A stretch of 64,000 nt of DNA. It comes from an uncultured Lachnospiraceae bacterium (lineage in GTDB: Bacteria; Bacillota; Clostridia; Lachnospirales; Lachnospiraceae). Shown here piece after piece: positions 18,079 through 28,454 of this stretch. The notes under the pieces were generated by a model. That model worked only from the letters and a program-made list of their open reading frames with translations. It searched no databases and was not told the DNA's origin. Where the stretch lies: contig CALAXP010000025.1 in assembly GCA_937894705.1 (NCBI GenBank), forward strand, positions 14,962 through 78,961, written 5' to 3'. The position numbers and the translations under genes were made by a program. The stretch's first letter is position 1. Each line of letters begins with the position of its first letter.

Positions 18079-19993
18079 TCAAAATGAAAGCAATTATGAT
18101 GCGAATCAAATTCAGATTCTGGAAGGTTTGCAGGCGGTTCGTAAAAGACCGGGTATGTATATCGGTAGTACCTCGACAAGAGGATTGCATCATCTTGTAT
18201 ATGAGATCGTAGACAATGCAGTCGATGAAGCATTGGCAGGATTCTGTACAGAAATCGATGTATCAATCAACGAAGATGGTTCTGTCACCGTTATCGATAA
18301 TGGACGTGGGATCCCGACAGGTATCCACAAGAAGGCTGGTATTCCGGCCGTTGAGGTTGTATTTACAATCCTGCATGCCGGCGGTAAGTTCGGCGGTGGC
18401 GGATACAAGGTATCCGGCGGTCTGCATGGTGTAGGTGCATCCGTTGTAAATGCGCTTTCGAACTGGCTGGAGGTTGAGATTTCCAGAGATGGCAAGATCT
18501 ACAAGCAGCGTTATGAACGCGGAAATGTATTATATAAATTAAAAGAAGTTGGTAAGACCGATAAGACCGGAACCAAGGTTACATTTATGCCGGATGATAC
18601 GATCTTTGACGATGTGATTTTTGATTATAAGGTGCTTCGTACAAGACTTCGTGAGATGGCTTTCCTGACAAAGGGATTGAAGATTAATCTTGAAGATAAG
18701 CGTGAGGGTAAGGAGCAGAGAGAATCCTTCCACTATGAAGGTGGTATCAAGGAGTTTATTGCCTACCTGAATAAGACAAAGAATCCACTTTATGACAAGA
18801 TCATCTATATCGAAGGTAACAAGGATGATATCTATGTGGAAGTGGCAATGCAGCACAACGACTCTTACAATGAGCTTACTTTGAGCTTTGTAAATAATAT
18901 CAACACACCGGAAGGTGGTATGCATCTGACTGGTTTCAAGAGCGCACTTACCAAGGTGTTCAATGATTATGCAAGAAGCAATAAGATTCTGCGTGACAAA
19001 GAAGAAAACCTGTCCGGTGATGACCTGCGAGAGGGTCTGACCGCTATTGTAAGTATCAAGATTCCGGAGCCACAGTTTGAAGGACAGACAAAGCAGAAGC
19101 TTGGTAATGCAGAAGCGAGAACTGCAGTAGAGGGACTTGTGACAGAGAAGCTTACTTATTTCTTGGAGCAGAATCCACAGGTAGCAAAGGCTATTGTTGG
19201 TAAGGCAGTTGTCGCACAGCGTGCCCGTATGGCAGCCAGAAAGGCAAGAGATGTTGCCCGTAAGAGTACACTTGAGACGAATATGGCGCTTCCTGGTAAG
19301 CTTGCTGATTGTTCGGATCCAAATCCAAAGAACTGTGAGATCTACATCGTAGAGGGAGATTCCGCTGGTGGTTCTGCAAAGACTGCCAGATCCCGTGCAA
19401 CACAGGCAATCCTTCCACTGCGTGGTAAGATTCTGAACGTAGAGAAAGCAAGAATCGACCGGATTCTTGGAAATGAAGAAATCAAAGCCATGATTACCGC
19501 GTTTGGTACCGGTATTCGTGAGAATTTCAATATTGAGAAGCTTCGTTATGACAAGATCATTATCATGACGGATGCCGATGTCGATGGCGCACATATTGCA
19601 ACATTGATGTTAACTTTCTTCTTCCGGTTCATGCCGGATCTGATCAAGGAAGGACATGTATATCTGGCACAGCCACCACTGTACAAGCTGGAGAAGAACA
19701 AGAAAACATGGTATGCATACAGTGACGAGGAACTGGCAGATATATTAAATGAAGTTGGTCGTGACCAGAATAACAAGATCCAGCGATACAAAGGACTTGG
19801 TGAGATGGATGCTGAGCAGTTGTGGGATACAACTATGGATCCGGAAAAGCGGGTTCTGCTGCGTGTAGCGATTGATGAAAACAGTGAGTCTGAGCTTGAC
19901 CTGACCTTTGATACGTTGATGGGTGAGAGAGTAGAGCCAAGACGTGAATTTATTGAGGCAAATGCAAAATTCGTTAAGAATCTTGACATTTAA
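18071..19993 (+). CDS. gyrB: DNA gyrase subunit B
   Basis: [39 protein letters not shown]. Confidence 0.99.
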   Translation: MGNQNESNYDANQIQILEGLQAVRKRPGMYIGSTSTRGLHHLVYEIVDNAVDEALAGFCTEIDVSINEDGSVTVIDNGRGIPTGIHKKAGIPAVEVVFTILHAGGKFGGGGYKVSGGLHGVGASVVNALSNWLEVEISRDGKIYKQRYERGNVLYKLKEVGKTDKTGTKVTFMPDDTIFDDVIFDYKVLRTRLREMAFLTKGLKINLEDKREGKEQRESFHYEGGIKEFIAYLNKTKNPLYDKIIYIEGNKDDIYVEVAMQHNDSYNELTLSFVNNINTPEGGMHLTGFKSALTKVFNDYARSNKILRDKEENLSGDDLREGLTAIVSIKIPEPQFEGQTKQKLGNAEARTAVEGLVTEKLTYFLEQNPQVAKAIVGKAVVAQRARMAARKARDVARKSTLETNMALPGKLADCSDPNPKNCEIYIVEGDSAGGSAKTARSRATQAILPLRGKILNVEKARIDRILGNEEIKAMITAFGTGIRENFNIEKLRYDKIIIMTDADVDGAHIATLMLTFFFRFMPDLIKEGHVYLAQPPLYKLEKNKKTWYAYSDEELADILNEVGRDQNNKIQRYKGLGEMDAEQLWDTTMDPEKRVLLRVAIDENSESELDLTFDTLMGERVEPRREFIEANAKFVKNLDI

Positions 19994-20007
19994 GTAGGAG
20001 GAGAACA

Positions 20008-22563
20008 ATGGACGATAGTACAATTTTTGATAAAATCCATGAAGTGGATTTGAAGAAAACCATGGAAGAATCGTATATCGATTATGCCATGAGCGTTATC
20101 GCTGCAAGAGCTCTTCCGGATGTGCGAGATGGTTTGAAGCCTGTACAGCGAAGAATCTTACATTCCATGGTGGAACTGAACAACGGTCCGGATAAGCCAC
20201 ATCGTAAATGTGCACGTATCGTCGGTGATACAATGGGTAAATATCATCCACACGGTGACAGTTCTATCTACGAGGCACTTGTAAAGCTGGCACAGGAATG
20301 GAATACAAGATATCCACTGGTCGATGGACATGGTAACTTCGGTTCTGTCGATGGTGATGGCGCGGCTGCGATGCGATACACAGAAGCACGTCTCTCCAAG
20401 ATTTCTATGGAGATGGTTGCTGATATCAACAAAGATACGGTTGATTTTATTCCGAACTTTGATGAGACAGAGAAAGAGCCAGTCGTACTTCCAAGCCGTT
20501 ATCCAAACCTGCTGGTAAATGGTACAACCGGTATTGCCGTAGGTATGGCAACAAATATTCCGCCTCACAACTTACGTGAGGTTGTAAATGCAGTTGTTAA
20601 GATCATTGATAACCGTGTGAATGAGGACCGTGAGACAGAAATCGAAGAAATTATGGAAATCATCAAGGGACCGGATTTCCCAACGGGTGCATCTATCCTT
20701 GGTACAGCCGGAATCAATGAAGCATATAGAACCGGTCGTGGTAAGATCAAGGTACGTGCCGTATCTGAGATCGAGCCGATGGCAAATGGAAAGCAGAGAA
20801 TCGTTGTGACTGAGCTTCCATATATGGTAAATAAGGCAAAGCTGATCCAGAAGATCGCAGAGCTTGTCAAGGAGAAGAAGATCGAGGGTATCACAGCTCT
20901 TCGTGATGAGAGTTCCCGTGAAGGTATGCGTATCGTCATCGAGCTTCGAAAAGACTGCAATGCGAATATCGTGCTGAACCAGTTATACAAGCACACACAG
21001 ATGCAGGATACATTTGGTGTAATCATGCTGGCACTGGTCGATGGACAGCCTATGGTATTGAATCTCTTGGAAATGCTTGGATATTATATCAAGCATCAGG
21101 AAGAGGTTGTCACAAGAAGAACGAAGTTTGACTTGAATAAAGCGGAAGATCGTGCTCATATCTTAGAGGGATTATTGATCGCCCTCGATAATATCGATGA
21201 GGTTATTCACATCATCCGTAGTTCCAAATCTGTTGCCGATGCAAAGCTTGCATTGATCGAGCGTTTCGGTTTGTCCGATGCACAGGCACAGGCTATCGTA
21301 GATATGCGTCTGCGTGCTCTGACCGGTTTGGAAAGAGAGAAGCTTGAGAAAGAATACAGAGAATTGATGGAGCTCATCAAAGAGTTGAAAGCAATTCTGG
21401 CAGATGAGAAGCTGCTCCTTGGTGTAATCAAGGAGGAAATCCTGATCATCGCAACAAAGTATGGTGATGACAGAAGAACTTCTATCGGTATTGATATGGA
21501 TGATGATATCACAGTTGAAGATCTGATTCCGAAGGAAAATGTTGTAATCGCTATGACAAAGCTTGGCTATGTAAAGCGTATGACAATCAATAACTTCAAG
21601 AGTCAGAACCGTGGTGGTAAGGGCATCAAGGGTATGCAGACGATCGAGGATGATTTCATCGAGAATCTGTTCATGACAACGACGCACCATTACATCATGT
21701 TCTTCACGAATCAGGGACGTGTATATCGTCTGAAGACGTATGAGATTCCAGAATCCGGACGTACTGCAAGAGGAACGGCAATCGTCAACCTGTTACAGCT
21801 TCAGCCGGATGAAGTGATCACAGCAGTCATTCCAATTCGTGAGTACCATGAGGGAAGATACCTGATCATGGCTACAAAGAATGGTATGATCAAGAAGACA
21901 AAGATTACTGAGTATGCAAATGTTCGTAAGTCCGGACTTGCTGCAATCACCCTGAAAGAGGGCGATGAGCTGATCGAAGTAAAGGCAACGAACAATACGA
22001 AGGATATCATTCTGATCACAAAGCAGGGTATGTGTATCCGCTTCAATGAGAAGGAGGTTCGTTCAACCGGACGTACATCTATGGGTGTTATCGGTATGAG
22101 TGTGGCTGAAGATGATGAAGTGATCGGAATGCAGTTAGACACGCAGGGCGAAGCACTTCTGATCGTATCGGAGAATGGTCTTGGTAAGCGTACACTTGTC
22201 GAAGAATTTACACCACAGCATCGTGGCGGTAAGGGTGTGAAGTGTTACAAGATCACAGATAAGTCCGGAACTGTTGTTGGTTTCAAGGCAGTGAACGATG
22301 ATAACGAAATCATGCTGATCACCAACCAGGGTATTGTAATCCGACTCCTGTGTAAGGATATCTCTACATTAGGCAGAATTACAACCGGTGTGAAGCTCAT
22401 CAACATGGATCTGGAAAGTGACATTACCGTTGCAAGTATTGCAAAGGTTCGTCAGAAATCTGCAGATGAATCCGAGTCCTTGGAAATCATGGAACGCGAG
22501 ATGAATGAGGCAGACAATGAAGAAGGTAATGTAGAAGAACCGGAGAGTTCGGAAGATAAATAA
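20008..22563 (+). CDS. gyrA: DNA gyrase subunit A
   Basis: YHPHGDS, AAMRYTE, GyrA-box QNRGGKG. Confidence 0.99.
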   Translation: MDDSTIFDKIHEVDLKKTMEESYIDYAMSVIAARALPDVRDGLKPVQRRILHSMVELNNGPDKPHRKCARIVGDTMGKYHPHGDSSIYEALVKLAQEWNTRYPLVDGHGNFGSVDGDGAAAMRYTEARLSKISMEMVADINKDTVDFIPNFDETEKEPVVLPSRYPNLLVNGTTGIAVGMATNIPPHNLREVVNAVVKIIDNRVNEDRETEIEEIMEIIKGPDFPTGASILGTAGINEAYRTGRGKIKVRAVSEIEPMANGKQRIVVTELPYMVNKAKLIQKIAELVKEKKIEGITALRDESSREGMRIVIELRKDCNANIVLNQLYKHTQMQDTFGVIMLALVDGQPMVLNLLEMLGYYIKHQEEVVTRRTKFDLNKAEDRAHILEGLLIALDNIDEVIHIIRSSKSVADAKLALIERFGLSDAQAQAIVDMRLRALTGLEREKLEKEYRELMELIKELKAILADEKLLLGVIKEEILIIATKYGDDRRTSIGIDMDDDITVEDLIPKENVVIAMTKLGYVKRMTINNFKSQNRGGKGIKGMQTIEDDFIENLFMTTTHHYIMFFTNQGRVYRLKTYEIPESGRTARGTAIVNLLQLQPDEVITAVIPIREYHEGRYLIMATKNGMIKKTKITEYANVRKSGLAAITLKEGDELIEVKATNNTKDIILITKQGMCIRFNEKEVRSTGRTSMGVIGMSVAEDDEVIGMQLDTQGEALLIVSENGLGKRTLVEEFTPQHRGGKGVKCYKITDKSGTVVGFKAVNDDNEIMLITNQGIVIRLLCKDISTLGRITTGVKLINMDLESDITVASIAKVRQKSADESESLEIMEREMNEADNEEGNVEEPESSEDK

Positions 22564-22573
22564 AGTAATAATT

Positions 22574-22611
22574 AAGGACGATGTATTATGATGATACATC
22601 GTCCTTTTTTT
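22574..22611 (+). terminator. Intrinsic terminator after gyrA
   Basis: AAGGACGATGTAT/ATACATCGTCCTT stem plus T run. Confidence 0.85.
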
Positions 22612-23281
22612 ATAATATATTTCTTTTGATATTTTGATATTCTTCCGGTGAAATCAAGCCCTTTTGTAAAAGTTGTCCATATTTTATCAATTCATCAGCA
22701 GAACTAACATTATAATTATTATTTATTGGATTATCCACAATATTGTCTTTAGCCAAACGTAATTGCTTCTGAAAATTATCAATTTCATTTTGAGAAAACC
22801 AACGAATATCAAAAGCAATTTCTCCTCCTGCATATTGAATGGAAATTAGTGATATTTTATTTTTAAAATATAAAAAAACATATGCTAATATTATAGGTAT
22901 AATATAAATCTTAAATTCAGAGAAACCAATACTCAACAGAATAAGTAAAAAAATAAAAAAAACAATAGCAATGATTAGATAATGTATAGGATTATAATGT
23001 TTAATTTCGGTTCCCGTAACATCTTTTAAATCAACAATCTGAGAACGTGAATTTTTAACTATTTTAGGATTTCCACTATTGTTGTAAAAAACATTATATG
23101 ATTTTCCCTGAAAATATACCCTTTTATCAGTTATAAATGAAAATCCTTTTGATAAAATCCCAGTAGAAATAAAATTCTGAATATAAGAATTTCCTAAAGT
23201 TGAAATTAGTCTTTCATTTTTATTGACAAAAAACTGACTTAAGTAATAAGGATAATTAAAGTTATTTGTATTTTGATCCAT
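22610..23281 (-). CDS. Membrane protein with C-terminal SHOCT domain
   Basis: Two hydrophobic helices; ADELIKYGQLLQKGLISPEEY is a SHOCT pattern; very AT-rich. Confidence 0.75.
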   Translation of the reverse strand: MDQNTNNFNYPYYLSQFFVNKNERLISTLGNSYIQNFISTGILSKGFSFITDKRVYFQGKSYNVFYNNSGNPKIVKNSRSQIVDLKDVTGTEIKHYNPIHYLIIAIVFFIFLLILLSIGFSEFKIYIIPIILAYVFLYFKNKISLISIQYAGGEIAFDIRWFSQNEIDNFQKQLRLAKDNIVDNPINNNYNVSSADELIKYGQLLQKGLISPEEYQNIKRNIL

Positions 23282-23298
23282 ATGAATACCTTCCTTTT

Positions 23299-23342
23299 AA
23301 TATTAGCCACTTATGGCTAATATTATTATAGTCCATTTATGG
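23299..23342. promoter_or_regulatory. Palindromic operator pair between divergent genes
   Basis: AATATTAGCCA-ctta-TGGCTAATATT; core CCAnTTATGG repeated at 23307 and 23333. Confidence 0.55.
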
Positions 23343-23371
23343 GTATTATGCAATAAAAAAAGGATAAAAGC

Positions 23372-23584
23372 ATGATTTCTTATGAACCATTATGGAACAC
23401 ATTAAAATTGAAAGGTATCTCACAGTATCAGTTAATAAATAAGTATCACGTTTCTGCAGGACAATTATCACGATTGAGAATTAATAGTTATGTATCTACA
23501 CATACATTAGATCGTTTGTGTGAAATACTTGATTGTAAGCTAGAAGATATCGCAGTTTATAAAAAAGAGGAAACAGATATATAA
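23372..23584 (+). CDS. Cro/C1-type HTH regulator (HTH_26-like)
   Basis: MISYEPLW...VSTHTLDRLCEILDCKLEDI. Confidence 0.85.
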   Translation: MISYEPLWNTLKLKGISQYQLINKYHVSAGQLSRLRINSYVSTHTLDRLCEILDCKLEDIAVYKKEETDI

Positions 23585-23665
23585 TAGTTTTTATTGCTTT
23601 CTGTGTTTGATTTGATATAATAATAGACAATATTGGTATTTTATTCGTGAAAAGAGGGAAAAGCG

Positions 23666-23869
23666 ATGAACGATAGTATTAAAGAAGGTTTGGAAGGTCT
23701 TTCCAAGATGGATGGCGTATCCAATTTCTTATATGCACTTATGTATTGGGTAGGTGTCATATTTGTATTGTTATTTGTGACATACATTTTTGTTTCGATT
23801 TATGTGCGTGCACAGAATAAGAAACGCGGAATTGATACGAAAGATAAAGACGATTATTTGGATGATTAA
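23666..23869 (+). CDS. Small single-pass membrane protein
   Basis: RBS GAGGG, one long hydrophobic helix, own terminator at 23872-23910. Confidence 0.65.
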   Translation: MNDSIKEGLEGLSKMDGVSNFLYALMYWVGVIFVLLFVTYIFVSIYVRAQNKKRGIDTKDKDDYLDD

Positions 23870-23947
23870 GAAAAGGGCTGCTATATGAGAAATCATGTAG
23901 CAGCTTTTTTGTATTTTTTATGAACAGAAGCATATAATATAAACAAA

Positions 23948-23976
23948 TTGACATATACCTGTATAACAGGTACAAT
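23948..23976 (+). promoter_or_regulatory. sigma-A promoter with embedded palindromic operator
   Basis: TTGACA-17-TACAAT; TACCTGT-ata-ACAGGTA 23956-23972. Confidence 0.75.
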
Positions 23977-24020
23977 ATTAAAAATATTAAAATTTTATAT
24001 TATCATTAGGAGATGATGGT

Positions 24021-24317
24021 ATGGAAAAAATGATAGAGACAACAAAAGTAAGTGAAATATTGTGGGAAGAATTTATGAAACCGTTGGATATTTCAGCATA
24101 CAAATTGGCAATGGAAATCCATGTTCCAGTTTCAAGAGTACAGGATATTTTGCATGACAGAAGAAAAATAACAGTAGATACTTCTTTAAGACTTGCAAAA
24201 TATTTTGGGGTGTCGGATTCTTATTTTTTGAATATTCAAAATGATATTGATTTACGTAATGCAAAGTTAAATCTGAAGGATGAAATTAATAGTATTCAAA
24301 CCTATAAATATGCATAA
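24021..24317 (+). CDS. higA: HigA-family antitoxin (XRE HTH), no adjacent HigB
   Basis: EILWEEFMKPLDISAYKLA...RKITVDTSLRLAKYFG...FLNIQ. Confidence 0.85.
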   Translation: MEKMIETTKVSEILWEEFMKPLDISAYKLAMEIHVPVSRVQDILHDRRKITVDTSLRLAKYFGVSDSYFLNIQNDIDLRNAKLNLKDEINSIQTYKYA

Positions 24318-24332
24318 AAAGGGGTGGTATGA

Positions 24333-24659
24333 ATGACGGATTTAATGAAGAATGAAATAATAACAGGATTGTTAGATATTTTTTCAGATAATATACTTAC
24401 GATTATTTTATATGGATCTGTAGCAAGAAATGAAAATACCCCAGAGAGTGATATTGATATAGCAATCGTAATAAAAAATAATATGGATGATGACACAAGA
24501 GATAAATTTATGAGATGGTCAGCAGACATGGATTTGAAGTATGATAAGGTATTTTCAATTATTGATATTGAGAAAAGTAATTTAGAGAAGTGGGGACATA
24601 TCCTTCCTTTTTATAAGAATGTGCAAAAGGAGGGTATTGTTTTATGGAAGGCAGCTTAA
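24333..24659 (+). CDS. Minimal nucleotidyltransferase (MNT)
   Basis: LYGSVAR...SDIDI motif; C-terminal KEGI. Confidence 0.9.
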   Translation: MTDLMKNEIITGLLDIFSDNILTIILYGSVARNENTPESDIDIAIVIKNNMDDDTRDKFMRWSADMDLKYDKVFSIIDIEKSNLEKWGHILPFYKNVQKEGIVLWKAA

Positions 24660-25045
24660 ATGAATTAGCAAATTATCGTCTGGAAAGAGCAAAAGAAATG
24701 CTTTTGGCAGCAGAAGAAAATTTAAGAATCGGACAGTATAAAACTTCTTTGAATCGTTCATATTATGCTATTTTTCATGCTATGAGAGCGACGAATATCT
24801 TAAAAAATTATGATTCTTCTAAACATTCAGGAGTAATTGCTTTTTTTAACAAAGAATATCTAAAAGAAGATATATTAGATAGAAAACTATCTGTAATAAT
24901 TAAGGATAGTTCTTTCTTGAGAGAAAAATCAGACTATGATGATTTTTTTATAGCTAACAAAAAAGATGTAGAGAAGCAATTAGAAAATGCAAAAATATTT
25001 ATATCAGAAGTTGAAAAATATATTTCATCAGTTGTAAAGGAGTAA
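24644..25045 (+). CDS. HEPN-domain protein (UPF0332-like), partner of the MNT
   Basis: NRSYYAIFHA, KHSGV, REKSDY; overlaps the MNT gene. Confidence 0.88.
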   Translation: MEGSLNELANYRLERAKEMLLAAEENLRIGQYKTSLNRSYYAIFHAMRATNILKNYDSSKHSGVIAFFNKEYLKEDILDRKLSVIIKDSSFLREKSDYDDFFIANKKDVEKQLENAKIFISEVEKYISSVVKE

Positions 25046-25048
25046 ACC

Positions 25049-25891
25049 ATGCGAACATTACACACAGACAAAATCATTGAAGCAGTGAAAGAAATGTGTA
25101 TCTCAGCCAATCTGTATCTGGCAGATGATATGGATGGTAAGATACGTCAGGCAGCGAAAGAGGAAGACAGCACACTCGGCAAGCAGATCTTGAATCAGTT
25201 GATCGAGAATATGGAGATTGCCGGAGAAGATAAGACGCCAATCTGTCAGGATACAGGGATGGCAGTGTTCTTCGTGAATGTTGGACAGGATCTGCACATT
25301 GAAGGAATGAATCTCACAGATGCCATCAACGAAGGTGTGAGAAGAGGATATACCGACGGATATCTGCGGAAATCTGTTGTGAAGGATCCATTGCAGCGTG
25401 AAAATACCGGAGACAATACACCGGCAATCATCCATTATGATATTGTGCCGGGAGATAAGTTGGAGATCACGATTGCGCCGAAGGGCTTTGGAAGTGAGAA
25501 TATGAGCAAGGTGTATATGTTGAAACCGGCAGATGGGGAAGAAGGAATCCGTCAGTCCGTGCTTGCAGCTGTGAAGGACGCCGGACCAAATGCATGTCCT
25601 CCGATGGTAGTCGGTGTTGGACTTGGCGGTGATTTTGAGCTTGCGGCAAAGCTTGCGAAGAAAGCACTCACAAGACCGGCAGGTTCACATTCGGAGAAGG
25701 CACATATTGCGAAGCTCGAAGATGAGATATTGGAGCTTGTGAATAAGACTGGAATCGGGCCGGGAGGACTTGGAGGAAAGACAACGGCGCTTGCAGTCAA
25801 TATTGAAACCTACGCAACGCATATCGCAGGTATGCCGCTTGCAGTCAATATGTGCTGTCATGTAAACCGTCATAAGACAGTTGTATTATAA
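25049..25891 (+). CDS. Class I fumarate hydratase alpha subunit
   Basis: PICQDTG, KGFGSEN, NACPP, CHVNRH. Confidence 0.92.
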   Translation: MRTLHTDKIIEAVKEMCISANLYLADDMDGKIRQAAKEEDSTLGKQILNQLIENMEIAGEDKTPICQDTGMAVFFVNVGQDLHIEGMNLTDAINEGVRRGYTDGYLRKSVVKDPLQRENTGDNTPAIIHYDIVPGDKLEITIAPKGFGSENMSKVYMLKPADGEEGIRQSVLAAVKDAGPNACPPMVVGVGLGGDFELAAKLAKKALTRPAGSHSEKAHIAKLEDEILELVNKTGIGPGGLGGKTTALAVNIETYATHIAGMPLAVNMCCHVNRHKTVVL

Positions 25892-25914
25892 AAAATAATA
25901 TAAGATATAATGAA

Positions 25915-25949
25915 GTGTGCACAGCTCATCATGATATCTTGTGGTGACA
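25915..25949 (+). repeat. Degenerate copy of the REP-like palindrome at 27791-27825
   Basis: 25/35 ungapped identity by manual alignment. Confidence 0.5.
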
Positions 25950-25977
25950 TTAAGTAATATATGAAGTAGAAATATTC

Positions 25978-27759
25978 ATGGAAAGGAATATGCACTTGGG
26001 AAAGGTTTCAAATTATATTAACCAGAATATGGCGAAATTCAAGCAGATCTACATACGTTATGCTGCAAGTATTTTCTGTGCGCTGATTATTGCGATTGCG
26101 AGTATCATAGCAAATCAGAAAAAAGGGTTTGATATAGAATCCATCGTGACTGTCTGTTCTATTTGGCTTGCCGGGAATTTTCTGGTTGAGAGTCTGTGGA
26201 AGAAAACAGCAGTAGAAGCACAGAAGAACAAACGGAAATGGCTGATTGGTTATGGCATAACGTTTGTGATTGCGATAGTATTTAATAATTTGGCAGAGGT
26301 TCTTAAAGCACAGAAAGCAGATATACCGAATCTGATATTTGAAAGTATCTTGTATTTTTACATTGCGTGCATGGTGCTTCTTGCAATTTATGTATTGCTT
26401 CGGCAGCAACAACTGGATCTGCCACATTGTATCGGACGAATCATATTCGCATTGCTCCGGGCAGTTGGCGTCTATTTGGTGCTGAATATTGCGGTTATTC
26501 TGATTCTTGAAATTATAAATGCATTGCTTGTGGATATAGATACGTTCAGAGTGGAGTTGAATATCCAGATATTGCTGAGTGCACTTGCGTATTTCCCAAC
26601 CTGTTTGCTTGCTGTCTCGGACACAAGCGAAGATAACGCGGCATTTACGAAGAAATTTGTATCCTATGTGTTACTTCCATGTGTGTGGATTGCGATGTTC
26701 GTAATCTATCTCTATGTGGCAAAAATCTTTGTGACACAGGAAGTTCCGAGCAACGAGATATTCGGCATCTGTGCGAGTCTTTTTGCGATTGGAATGCCAA
26801 TCTGGATGATGGCATCGGGATTCGTGGAGGAGAAAGCTTCACGTTATGTGAAACTTATTTCGATCACGAAATATATCTATGCACCGTTTATCCTGCTTGA
26901 GATTTATTCGATGTCGGTGCGTGTCAAAGCATATGGACTGACGGAGCAACGATATGCGGCGTGGATGTTTATATTGCTGCAGATCATCTATATTCTGTGG
27001 GAGAAAACCTATGTGCTGTATGTTAGTCGCGTAGAAAAGAAAGAGATATATAAAAATCAGGCAGATGTAGACGATGCAGGAAAAGAAAATATATATGAGA
27101 AAAATCAGAAAGAGGCACAAACAAACTGGCACTATGAAAATCTCATTCTAGTCTTAGTTGGATTTTTATTTGTCGGACTTCTGCTTCCATTTGGAAATGC
27201 ACAATATCTGTCATATCAGTCACAGAAAAGCCGGTTGGTTAAGAATCGGATATTGGATATGGAGGAAGCTGCAAAAGCATATGATTATCTGCGTACAAAT
27301 GCATATGGCAGGCGATATCTGGATAACTCTCTTACCGAAGCGGAGCGGGACGAATTACATAACATGCTGTATGACCGGGACAGTGACGATCAATGGAACT
27401 CAGTGTATTTCTATGCAGATCCGATGGAAGAGGATGGATTGGCTATTGATGGTTATAAAAAAATCTATGGGGTAGAGGAACATTGGCGGGATGAAAGTTC
27501 TGTTCATGAATATGAGAACACACCAATCACAGCCGGAGATAATGTATATGAGGGTGTAGATCTTACTTCCTGCATTTCATATTACGAGGATCTGGAAGGT
27601 AAAAATGAAAATCAGGTCGTAGATGAAAAAGACAAAGTCTACGAAATTCAAATCAGTGATACAGAAAAATTGATTGTAACGTATGTCAGTTTTGAAATCA
27701 ATGATGAGCAAACCACGATAAAATGGATGCACATAATAGGATATATGCTGACGAAGTAA
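25978..27759 (+). CDS. Polytopic membrane protein, DUF4153-like
   Basis: About 12 TM helices; R..AYGLT..RY motif; SQ..RL after the last TM. Confidence 0.75.
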   Translation: MERNMHLGKVSNYINQNMAKFKQIYIRYAASIFCALIIAIASIIANQKKGFDIESIVTVCSIWLAGNFLVESLWKKTAVEAQKNKRKWLIGYGITFVIAIVFNNLAEVLKAQKADIPNLIFESILYFYIACMVLLAIYVLLRQQQLDLPHCIGRIIFALLRAVGVYLVLNIAVILILEIINALLVDIDTFRVELNIQILLSALAYFPTCLLAVSDTSEDNAAFTKKFVSYVLLPCVWIAMFVIYLYVAKIFVTQEVPSNEIFGICASLFAIGMPIWMMASGFVEEKASRYVKLISITKYIYAPFILLEIYSMSVRVKAYGLTEQRYAAWMFILLQIIYILWEKTYVLYVSRVEKKEIYKNQADVDDAGKENIYEKNQKEAQTNWHYENLILVLVGFLFVGLLLPFGNAQYLSYQSQKSRLVKNRILDMEEAAKAYDYLRTNAYGRRYLDNSLTEAERDELHNMLYDRDSDDQWNSVYFYADPMEEDGLAIDGYKKIYGVEEHWRDESSVHEYENTPITAGDNVYEGVDLTSCISYYEDLEGKNENQVVDEKDKVYEIQISDTEKLIVTYVSFEINDEQTTIKWMHIIGYMLTK

Positions 27760-27780
27760 ATACAACAAATAAAATAGGAA

Positions 27781-27825
27781 GCGCGCTGATGCGCGCGTAG
27801 GTCATCACGCTAACGCGTGGTGACA
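27781..27825 (+). repeat. GC-rich double hairpin (REP-like)
   Basis: GCGCGC-tgat-GCGCGC and GTCATCACGC-taac-GCGTGGTGAC. Confidence 0.6.
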
Positions 27826-27844
27826 AAAAAAGGAGGATTAGAGA

Positions 27845-28453
27845 ATGGAACGACATATTTCAGTACCATTTAGCGAAGAGGAATTAAAGGAGCTTCATGC
27901 GGGAGATTATATTTATCTGACCGGCACAATTTACAGTGCCAGAGATGCTGCACACAAGCGGATGTATGATGCTATCTGTGCTGAGCAGGAGAAGCATCCA
28001 GAAATTGATTATACCGGCGCAAAACTGTATGAGGATAAGATTCTGCCATTGGATATCACAGGAAATACAATCTATTATCTTGGACCAACACCAGCAAAGC
28101 CGGGACAGGTGATCGGTTCTGCGGGACCTACCACGAGCAGCCGGATGGATAAATATACGCCGCTTCTGTTGTCGAAGGGTTTGAAGGGCATGATCGGAAA
28201 AGGTAAGCGCAGTCAGGCAGTAATTGATGCAATCGTGAAGGAAAAAGCCGTGTATATGGCAGCCGTTGGCGGAGCAGGCGCACTGCTATCCAAGTGCATC
28301 AAGGAGTCAGAAGTGATTGCTTATGATGATCTTGGAACCGAAGCAATCCGTAAGATGCGTGTCGAGAATCTTCCTGTTATCGTTGTGATCGACAGTGAAG
28401 GACATAATCTGTATGAGACGGCGGTTGCAGACTATCTGAAGGAGCATAATTAA
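27845..28453 (+). CDS. Class I fumarate hydratase beta subunit
   Basis: ARDAAHKR, GPTTSSRM, MIGKG, DLGTEAI. Confidence 0.92.
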   Translation: MERHISVPFSEEELKELHAGDYIYLTGTIYSARDAAHKRMYDAICAEQEKHPEIDYTGAKLYEDKILPLDITGNTIYYLGPTPAKPGQVIGSAGPTTSSRMDKYTPLLLSKGLKGMIGKGKRSQAVIDAIVKEKAVYMAAVGGAGALLSKCIKESEVIAYDDLGTEAIRKMRVENLPVIVVIDSEGHNLYETAVADYLKEHN

Positions 28454-28454
28454 T

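Noticed and set aside
18539..19594. 351-aa minus-strand ORF, and similar long antisense ORFs over gyrA, ptb, the LRR gene and the LytTR gene
   Set aside because: Shadows of well-supported genes on the other strand; no motifs or RBS.
22731..22739. Single perfect DnaA box in the SHOCT gene
   Set aside because: Isolated 9-mer in very AT-rich DNA; expected by chance.
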